Source of the DNA: the human T2T-CHM13v2.0 reference genome, Homo sapiens
Assembly (NCBI RefSeq): GCF_009914755.1
Contig: NC_060948.1
DNA: 64,000 bases
Strand: one strand, 5' to 3'
Positions 51,606-64,000 of the stretch are shown here, in pieces. The translations under genes and the position numbers were made by a program. A model generated the notes under the pieces. The model saw only the letters and a program-made list of their open reading frames with translations. It searched no databases and was not told the origin of the DNA. The first letter of the stretch is position 1; every line of letters starts with the position of its first letter.

Positions 51606-51892
51606 TATCTTTGAGACAGAGTGTTGCCCTGTTGCACACACTGGAGTGCAGCGGCACAATCTCAGCTCACTGCCACCTCTGCCTCCAGGGTTCAGGCAAT
51701 TCTCCTGCCCCAGCCTATAGAGTAGTTGGGATTACAGGCGCATGCCACCATGCCCAGCTAATTTTTTGTATCTTTAGTAGAGACAGGGTTTCACCATTTT
51801 GGGAGGCTGGTCTTGAACTCCTGACCTCATGATCCACCTGCTTTGGCCTCCCAAAGTGCTGGGATTATAGGCGTGAGCCACTGCGCCTCACC
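51606..51892 (-). mobile_element. AluS with TSD AAAAGACTAATTCTTTT
   Basis: TSD at 51589-51605 and 51893-51909. Confidence 0.95.
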
Positions 51893-52176
51893 AAAAGACT
51901 AATTCTTTTCATGCCAATATTGACCTGAGAGAACATTTAATCAAGAACTTAAATGTCAGCGTTATTCTTCTCTGACCTTAATGTATTTTGCCCAATGTCT
52001 GACCCACCATGTGCCCAAAGCACAACAAAACACAACAAAATAACCTTCAAAACAATTTCCTTGGAGTCTTTATTCACTCCACAGACAAAAATTATACAAG
52101 GTCTCTTCTCTTCTTTTTAAATAGAAAATGTGACTAAATTCTCAATCTTAAAGCTTTAAGAAATTTAAAAATACAC

Positions 52177-52480
52177 GCCAGGAGCAATGGCTCATGCCTG
52201 TAATCCCAAAACTTTGGGAGGTCAAGGCAGGCAGATCACCTGAGGTCAGGAGTTCAAGACCAGCCTGGTCAACATGTTAAAACCCCATCTCTACTAAAAA
52301 TACAAAAATTAGCTGGGAGTGGTGGCAGGCGCCTGTAATCCCAGCTACTCAGGGGAGACTGAGGCATGAGAATCACTTGAACAGGTAGGCAGAGGTTGCA
52401 ATGAGTCAAGTTAGAGTTTGTGCCACTGCATTCCTGGAGACACACCAAGACTCTGTCTCAAAAAAGAAAAAAAAAAAAAA
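52177..52480 (+). mobile_element. AluSx-like element
   Basis: TSD aagaaatt(t)aaaaataca. Confidence 0.94.
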
Positions 52481-52672
52481 GAAATTAAAAATACATATTA
52501 AGTGACTGCTACATAGCAAAGTCAGACAGTCCCTATTTAAATCTACTTCTCAATTCAGGGTCTTTGTTTATTAGCTCTCAAGTTTGCATATTAAACACAC
52601 AAAAAAAATCTTAAATGTGTACTAGAAAAACCTATGTATTTTTCTTCTCCAATTGTTTCCTTTGAAATATTA

Positions 52673-52987
<315 letters not shown>

Positions 52988-53082
52988 TTAACCAAATTTT
53001 TATCTAAAAGTTTATAAATAAACATTACCAGTAAAAGTCACCTGCTAAAATAAAGCCCATTTAACAAGTGCTAAGAATTTCA

Positions 53083-53378
53083 GGCCGGGTGCGGTGGCTC
53101 ACGCCTGTAATCCCAGCACTTTGGGAGGCTGAGGCGGGCGGATCAAGAGGTCACGAGATTGAGAACATCCTGGCTAACACTGTGAAACCCGGTATCTACT
53201 AAAAATATATAAAAAAAAATTAGCCAGGCGTGGTGGCAGGCACTTGTAGTCCCAGCTACTCAGGAGGCTGAGGCAGGAGAATGGCATGAACCTGTGAGGC
53301 GGAGCTTGCAGTGAGCCGAGATGGCGCCAGTGCACTCCAGCGTGGGTGACAGTGAGACTCCATCTCAAAAAAAAAAAG
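53083..53378 (+). mobile_element. AluY-like element
   Basis: gagaatggcatgaacc and ggagcttgcagtgagccgagat diagnostics. Confidence 0.93.
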
Positions 53379-53883
53379 AATCCCATTTATCATTCATTGA
53401 CTTCCTCTGCTACTATTCCCCAACCTACTACATTATTAGGAGGAAGAAGTTAGAGAAACTTAAATAAATCTGTTACTATAAACCATTTTTAAATGGCAAA
53501 GTTCCAGCTGAAACATTAATACCCCATAGAGCATGCTACGTCAAATTAAAAGTACATTTCATTAGTAAACACTGGCTTAACCTAACAAAAAATGAGGTAC
53601 ATCAGATACTCTACTGCTAAAGCACACAAGTAGTATACCCCCACCAACTCTTCCCTCTAATCCTAAAATAGTCAACTGTTCTTTCTACTACCCATATTTG
53701 CTGGAAAATATATCTACCTACTCTCTACAATATGTTTACTTATATCCAAAAGTTATAAAATATTCTTTGGTATGAGAATATTGGTGTGAAGGAAAAATGT
53801 TCTAATTTCCTAAATAAATAATGCTCTTGGTCAGTGGCTTGGTACTATGAAAAGTACACAATTTTTACAGTTATCTTAAGTAA

Positions 53884-54210
<327 letters not shown>

Positions 54211-54276
54211 TGAGAAGAAAAATCATTTGACTGAATGAAAAAAATCTGCTGTATAGAAGGCTCAAACTCAAGAGAT

Positions 54277-54381
54277 GTATTCCTTTATTCCTTTAGAGTA
54301 ACACACTGCTACAGATTCCTTTAGAATAACACACTGTATTCTAACCTGTATTCCTTCAGAATAACACACTGCTACAGATCA
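54277..54381 (+). repeat. Short degenerate triple repeat
   Basis: attcctt(t/c)aga(g/a)taacacactg three times. Confidence 0.85.
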
Positions 54382-54690
54382 GACTTGCAATATTTTCTAA
54401 CTATAATGAAAAATTTTAAAGAAAATCGAGAAATCAAATGAGGAAATACTGTTTTCCTGATCTTTCCAAAATGTCCACGTTTGTATAATATAGACAAAGA
54501 TGACAAACGTATTGTCTTTCTACTGTTAACATTTTTAAAAACTTGATTTTCACAAGGGCAAGCAAAATAGCAATACAAGTGTAGGATATTATACGTTTTA
54601 CTCAATAATCTAATTGACGGCATATTTACATGAAATCACATAAAATTTTCACATCTCTATTTAGTCTAAATTCTTTCTCATTGATTACTA

Positions 54691-54918
<228 letters not shown>

Positions 54919-55103
54919 CTAGAAATAAAAATTATAAACATTAAGAAAAAGGCATGTCCTTCCTGGAAGAATACATACATCTGCACGAGATTCTTAAAGA
55001 AATCAAAGCAACCATAAATGTATGTCATTTCTTCCATAGGCATAGGATTAAATTCGGCATTTCAGAGAGGAAATAACTTCTCTTTAAGAATTTACTAATG
55101 AAG

Positions 55104-55372
55104 AAATTAGATCCCAAGGATTCTTGGTGAATTTTGAAGTCTTCAGCAGTATACCCATATTAAAAGGAGATGACAGAAGCCAAAGTAATGATGGGCTGAC
55201 AGGACGACTAGATCAGTTTCATTAAAAAGGGCTAACTTGAAGATATATCTTTTGACACCAGCTGTTTAGAGGATCTGAAGTGACCTTGCTGGACAGTGGA
55301 AGTAATCACAACATGGAACTCCTTGAATAAAAATTTACTGACTTTAAAAATAATAATAATAATTATAATAGT
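55104..55372 (+). pseudogene. 5'-truncated processed retrocopy of an unidentified polyadenylated RNA
   Basis: AATAAA 55326-55331, A-rich tail 55346-55372, TSD AATT(T/C)ACTAATGAAG at 55089-55103 and 55373-55387. Confidence 0.75.
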
Positions 55373-56252
55373 AATTCACTAATGAAGCCAACAGTCATGA
55401 TCTAAGTACTTTTCCATCTTGAAAAGATCATATGCTCAATAAAATAAACTAGGAGCTCATTAATAACTTTATATAAAAGTTACATATCTAAATTCTTATT
55501 ATAATCCTTATTTCTACAACAAAACTACTCTCAAATTAAGCATTGGAGGAACATTACTGACTCTGGTAGCCATTAGCCACATGAAATTTTTAAACATTTG
55601 GAATGTGGAGAGCACAAACTGAGATGTGCTGTGTTTCAAAGATTTCACACAAACTTTGGTGGGGGAGTGGTTACGGGTTCCGATCAAATCTTTGAACTTT
55701 CAGGAGTATGCAGAAGGGAAAAACTGAATGAAAACATTACTAAAACATCAGAAAGAACAGTCTTCTGGAATTTTGCTGCAAATAGAGTTGTTACTAACCA
55801 CAGATCTTGAAAAACTTAACTTCTTCTAACTACAGTCTTAACATGCAAACAGCTTGTTATTTGCAAAGGAAAAGATGCTCAGTATTTTCAAGAATAAATG
55901 AATTACTTGTAATGCAGAACAAAATGAATAAATCTGAAAGTAAGCTGAAGGAAAGGAGCAAGGCTAAAGCATAGTATATTTTTCACAATCCCACTTACAT
56001 AATATTCTAGAAATGTAAACCATCTTTAGTGTCAGAAAGCAGATCAGTGATTACTTATAATTCCTGCCTCCTCTTTCTGAATTACTAAACCACTGCCTGA
56101 GTTTACTTGTACTAAGCCCCTACTGTGACAGACCCAATACGAAGTACTTTACATAAATGTTCTTCCTTACACAAAATGCAGTATCCGGAAAACAGGACTT
56201 CAAGTAATGGCAGCATGAAAACGATAGTGAATGCACTCTACAAAAAAGAAGG

Positions 56253-56564
<312 letters not shown>

Positions 56565-56859
56565 TTATTTTTTAACATTGTGCTAACATTCACAGCAGCA
56601 AAGAGTTTCACAGTTTAGTCCACAAGTACCCTCCACTCTATGCAAATTTTCTTAAAATACATATCTAAAATGTCTAATTCTCCACCAAACATTACTAGAC
56701 CTGAAAACAAACAGGTAAGTGTAACCCTATTATAATAAGTCACTTTTTTCAATCAACAAAAACTTACCCAAATAAATTTATATATTGTATTCAGCAGGAA
56801 CTTCAAAGTAGTTATTACAAATATACTTAATGAATTAAACAGTGGGCAAATACAGGTGA

Positions 56860-57500
56860 TTGAGGTTGCAGTAAGCTGTCATCATGCCACTGCACTCTAC
56901 CCTGGGTGACACAGCAAGACTTGAAAAAAAAGAAAAAGTGGGCAAAGGACAAGAACAGATCAAAAGAAGACACATAATAGTCAAAAAGCACATTTAAAAA
57001 ATGTTCAACATCACTAATCACCAGAGAACTGCAAATCAAAACCACAATGAGATATCATCTTAACACTAGACAGAATGTCTATCATTAAAAAGATAAAAAA
57101 AAAAAAGAGATATTGGCAGGGATACAGACAAAAGGAATCTCTTATACACTTTCATAGAGTATTAGCACACTCTGAAAAACAGTATGGAGATTTCTCAAAC
57201 TACTAAAAACAAAACTACCATTCAATCCAACAATCCCATTACACGGTATATACCCAAAGAATAAGAAATCATTATATCAAAATGATAACTGCATTTGTAT
57301 GTTTACTGCAGCTCTCCTCACAATAGCAAAGATAGGTAATTACTCCAATGTCCACCAATGGATAACTGGATAAAGAAAAAGCGGCATATATAAAATTAAA
57401 TACTATTTGGCAATTAAAAGAATGAAAATATGTCTTATGCAACAACAAGATGGAACTGAAGGTGATTATCTTAAGTGAAACAACTCAGAAACTGAAAACC
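56860..57500 (+). mobile_element. Alu right-arm fragment followed by L1MA ORF2 3' part
   Basis: gaggttgcagtaagc...; gcaaatcaaaaccacaatgagatatc. Confidence 0.8.
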
Positions 57501-57665
57501 AACACTAAATATTTAATACATCAATATAAAAGATCAAATCCAAAAAAAGAAAACATTGAACAAAAACAGAGCTTCAGAAACATTTTGAGATCATGCCAGG
57601 TGTTACAATCTTAATATAACTGGAATCCAAATGAAAAAATGGGAGAATAAAATAACTATCCTCCA

Positions 57666-59415
<1,750 letters not shown>

Positions 59416-59417
59416 AT

Positions 59418-59587
59418 CCTGGGACTATAGGTGCAGATCACCATGTCTAGCTAATTTCTTAGTTTTTTGTAGAGATGGAGTTTTGCCATGTTGCCCAGGC
59501 TAGTCTTGAACTTCTGGACTCAACTGATGCATCAGCCTCCATCTCCGAAACGGCTGGGATTACAGGCAAGAGTCACCACGCCAGGCC
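59418..59587 (-). mobile_element. AluJ fragment
   Basis: ctgggactataggtg...gtcaccacgccaggcc. Confidence 0.85.
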
Positions 59588-60433
59588 AAGTAAAGCTTAT
59601 AACAAAATGAGATCAGCGAGTAAAAGAATAGCAAAGTACATTACTTTAAACATCTGCTAAAGCTAAAGTCTGATTTTAAATCTGAATTCTAAATAAAATT
59701 ACAAGATGCACTGCTGTGGTATGAATCAAATAATCTCCAAGTAACAACTCTGTCCTATTAAGAAACAGCAATGCAAACTTTTATTTTCATAAGCTAACCT
59801 TTACTGTGAACTTTTAAAGCCCTTCACACATTTATTCTACACTCATGTTCCGGTGTTAGTCATCCTACCACTTAAAGGACTATTTGTTCAATCTAAACTG
59901 AGAGAGGTCTTACTTCAATACGACCTTCATAAAAGTTTTCCATTCATGGCACTCTCAAGTTTGTTCTGCTCTGAGTTGCAGCAGCAATTTATAAGCCAAT
60001 CATGTGAAGATTCAAAGCAAGTTCATAAAATATGCCAGTCATTTTATGACAGCCATTGACTAATTTACAAAATATGTAGGTTTAGGTCTTAATTTGTTGA
60101 ATGAAACAATCTTATATTCTTTAAAATACAAATTAGCTCTCTAGACAGCTCATTAAAATGGGATCATTCGTTAGCATCACAGTAAGTTGCAGTGCAAAAA
60201 TAACCTTCAAAACTAAAAATCAATCTATGTCAGAACAGATGTATAATACTGTGGTTGGAAAGCACTAAAATTTAATTTTGGCTTACAGCATTATGCCTAT
60301 AAATAAATTTTGCCACCTGAGTCACAGACAAAACAGGCAAAACAATCTTATTTGGCAATTTAAATAATATCAAATGTTCCCTAGTTATTTCAATTTGACT
60401 CTTTTAAAAGCTAGCTAGTTAGTAATAAAAGTA

Positions 60434-60796
<363 letters not shown>

Positions 60797-61837
60797 TCAA
60801 AATATTTTCTATAATTGCTTCAGATATGTATGTCCAACGTTGTACCCAAATTTTCTATTAGCATTCTTACATAATGCCTACTTAATACTTTGTCCAGTAA
60901 TACGTAAACAATAACAACTCTAATTGTTTGGAAGACAACATCCAAACTGTTCCTGATACACCAAATTAAAGACCTAATTCTAAATAACAAAACATGACAT
61001 TATTTCTATAGTTGCTTTTTTAACTCAAAACACTATTTTTACAACTGGAAATGAAGTTCTACAGGTTACAGGTTAGCAAACAAAACGCATATAACGCAAG
61101 ATCTTAAATATCACCTTTCAAATATTACAGTATAAAAAACCACTCAAAGCATTTTAATAGGCGTTTCTCCTGTTAATGCCTCTAGCATTATATTGAAGGC
61201 ATACTGTAATAGTAATATTCTATTTGACAGAGTGAAACTCTATCATAATACAAACAAAATCAACCTAAAACGTTTTCCAACATGAAATAAAAGTTACTAT
61301 TGCTAAAATCTGTTTTTCACTTAATTGAACTGCGTATTATTTAAATACGAGCAAGTTATTAAGCTTCAACCAAAAAGTTTTTGCTGAAAAGTATTTACAC
61401 TAATTCAGATGACAATCTTATAAAAATTAATAAAAATCTTATAAAACATAAGTTACAGAATTTTAAGGAAATCTATTGTTACAACCATCCTAATGGTTTG
61501 ATATGCGGGTTCACGTATGAGGTCAAAAAAAAAAAAAATCAGAGAAACTAGTCGTTGGGATAGAGCATCCTCAATGTCCAGAAAACTTGACAGGGAAAAA
61601 AGCATATTTATAACAATATTTTAAACCTTTAGAAGCTTGTAAAACAATACTGACATTAGTAAAATCTATAAATAAAACTTTCATAGAAAACATAAATACG
61701 AATAAAAACTGAAATATCAGTGAAATAGATCATTCTAAGAACTTTTTTAAAAAACAGTGATATATGCAAAGCTCTGTGAGAAAGGGAAAAAATACTTTAT
61801 TATACATACTGTAGAATAATTTGTCTTGGAGAACAGG

Positions 61838-62140
61838 TACTATGGTTTGAATATGTCCCCCAAAGTTCATGCATTGAAAACATAATCCTCAATGCAACAG
61901 TGTTGTGAAATGATGTCTTTAAGATTTGACAACATCATAAGCAGGCTGCTCTCATGGATGGGTTAATGTCATAGTGAGGATAGGTTCATTACAGAGAGTT
62001 AGGCATCCCCCATCTCTTGCACTGTGATATACTTTCTTGCCCTTCCACCTTCTCCAAAGAATGATGCAGCACTAAAGCCCTCATGAAACGCAGCCCCTTG
62101 ATCCTGGACTTCCCAGCCTTCAGAATCCTGAGCCAAATGA
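61838..62140 (+). mobile_element. MaLR LTR (MST type)
   Basis: ctatggtttgaatatgtccccc...ttgatcctggacttcccagcc. Confidence 0.8.
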
Positions 62141-62859
62141 AGTGAAATTGAGTTAATATTTTTTTCATTTCAAAAAAGTCACTGCAGTTTAATATACGGC
62201 ATTACTCAGTGTTTTATGAAGCTACAGTTCTCCCCAAACATAATGAAACCACTTTCTCATATTTAAAATGTTACTGTAATCAAAATTGGAAAGGATCAAT
62301 ATGTGAAAAAAAAATTCCTTAAAATTTAAACCCCATATTGTCTATCTGAAAAGTTCATTCCAAACTAAAATGTTAACCACAACCCACTGAGAATTTATCC
62401 TAACTCCAGCATATGAAGATTTAAAGTTCTCAACCAGTATTTTCCCACATTATCCCAGAAAACATCAAATTACTTTTATTTCATTATCATAACTATTTTA
62501 AACATTAAGGCAGATCGAGTCACTGTTGCTTAAATCGTATCATTGATACTATAACATGTTTTTCATAAAGCTATTTTCACTTGCATAATCAAAGTTTAAC
62601 TCATGTTTCATTTATCAGTCAAATAAAGTGGATTTACTAACTATATATATACACATTATACATACATATATATATTACATTTTAGTTTTCTGATCAGTAT
62701 TTGCCCCCAAAACAAACATACAAAGGAGATTATAGGTAAAAGAACTCAGCGTCTGTACTGAATTAAACTACAAAGTAAAACGTCTTGGTAAGTAAAATGT
62801 TCATCCTGAGAAAATAATTAGTATTTCCTTGTCAAATACAATAATAAACTGAAATTCTT

Positions 62860-63330
62860 AACTACTGGCTTCAGCATCTAAAAGATGGCGCGATTGTTGT
62901 ACCGTTCTTATTTCACGGGACCAATTGACAACATACAAATACTTTAACAAGATTTTGGTGAGAGGGTAAAAAACGATACACACAGGAATATTCCAGGGCC
63001 AAGTTACGCAACAATTCACGTGGGAGTAACTAAACATGCTGCAATTAATAAGCACATATAGGTTTAAAAATGCTGCTGTCAATGTTGGAGATAACGCAAG
63101 AATTCTACTTTTAAATAATAATAATTTTTAATAAGCAACATGAAGCTACGGCAGCGCTCTTTACGGTCTATTCCTTGCTAAGGTTTCCGGGTTAATACCT
63201 CCACCCTCTTCCCAAGCTTCCCCCTTTATTGCTCCTCCCCCTTTTTACCCGCCATCTTGGCTGATAGGAGCAGCCATTAACTAAACGACAGTGCCAACTT
63301 TTCACACAAACAACAAATTCTTCCCACTGT
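62860..63330. promoter_or_regulatory. Non-repetitive intronic segment with YY1 motifs, CCAAT box and E-box
   Basis: AAGATGGCG 62882-62890, CCGCCATCTT 63249-63258, CCAAT about 62921, CACGTG 63016-63021; CpGs retained locally. Confidence 0.45.
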
Positions 63331-63649
63331 GAGCATGACACCTAAGAAACAAGGTTCCTGAATGGAAAAAGCACACACATTCATGAAATCACATTTGCAG
63401 CACTGTGCATCCTAAAAAAGTCAACAAATCACTAAACTTCAGGCTAAACATACACGCATCAGTTTATAGGTCAAATATCTACTGCAAACTCTTCACCGCT
63501 GTAACTTACTTGCTACTTACACTTAGGACACCAGGGATATTTTTTTTAAAAAGGCAAAAAAATGTTTAAAATTAGACACCAAGAGCCAAATACCAAAAGG
63601 CGAGGGGAAGAAGCAGGAAGTTATGAATTTTGAAAACTGTACACATTCA

Positions 63650-64000
63650 CTATTTGTGACGCTAAAATTCAGGAACAAAAGGCCCTAAAGTAACAGGCAT
63701 GTGGTGTAGACCCGGTTTAGCCCGGTCCCAAAGCGTCCGATTTTTTTTTTCCTCAGAGTAGAAGGGAGTCTGGAGCAAGGGGCGAAGTATTCCAGAGTAC
63801 GGGGACAGCAAAGGCAAGAAACACTTTTCCGACCCCTTGGCCATGGAGCAGAGCCAAAATAAATACTGGCTGGGCGGTAAGGAACGCGGGGCCTTGGTAG
63901 AGCAAAGTGCGGACCAAAGACTTTGCGTCTGGTTGCTTTTACCTTGCCTAGTAGGGTCTTCGTTCTGGCGCCATCTTCATGAAGCCTCACGAACCCGAAG
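63650..64000. promoter_or_regulatory. Edge of the UTY 5' CpG island
   Basis: Sharp rise in GC and CpG density around exon 2 against an AT-rich, CpG-poor background. Confidence 0.7.
63943..64000 (-). CDS. UTY: UTY exon 2, 5' end beyond the window: FGFVRLHEDGARTKTLLGK
   Basis: Translation matches the recalled UTY N-terminus (KDM6A reads RFHEDGARTKALLGK); donor AAG|GTAAAA at 63943/63942, phase 0. Confidence 0.96.

Noticed and set aside
63685-63942. Extension of ORF 63685-63990 beyond ...LLGK
   Set aside because: Read-through into intron 2 past the GT donor; the same applies to the tails of ORFs 54688-54873 and 33586-33867

Overview
Human (primate) Y-chromosome DNA from inside the UTY (KDM6C) gene, which runs on the minus strand. 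The window holds three coding exons of the N-terminal/TPR region: the 3' part of exon 2 (63943-64000), exon 3 (54810-54918) and exon 4 (33706-33755). Every splice site that falls inside the window is canonical GT-AG, and the exons join in frame. Residues RLHEDG, KTLLGK, DYSK and LQADYWK match UTY rather than X-linked KDM6A (my recall of the two proteins). The rest is intron, mostly transposon-derived: about 30 Alus, many L1 fragments, Tigger/MER DNA transposons, MaLR/LTR relics, a solo LTR10 with an AP-1 tandem array, and a defective two-LTR ERV3-like provirus (19870-28326) antisense to UTY. Almost all ORFs in the supplied track are Alu, L1 or ERV artefacts. The best leads are a textbook recursive-splice-site motif in intron 3, a relic small transmembrane/Cys-rich ORF just upstream of the ERV env, an unidentified L1-mobilised mRNA 3'-end retrocopy next to exon 3, and the LTR10 AP-1 array. 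No wholly new biological system can be shown from sequence alone. Exon numbering and repeat subfamily names come from recall and were not checked by search; repeat boundaries are approximate.
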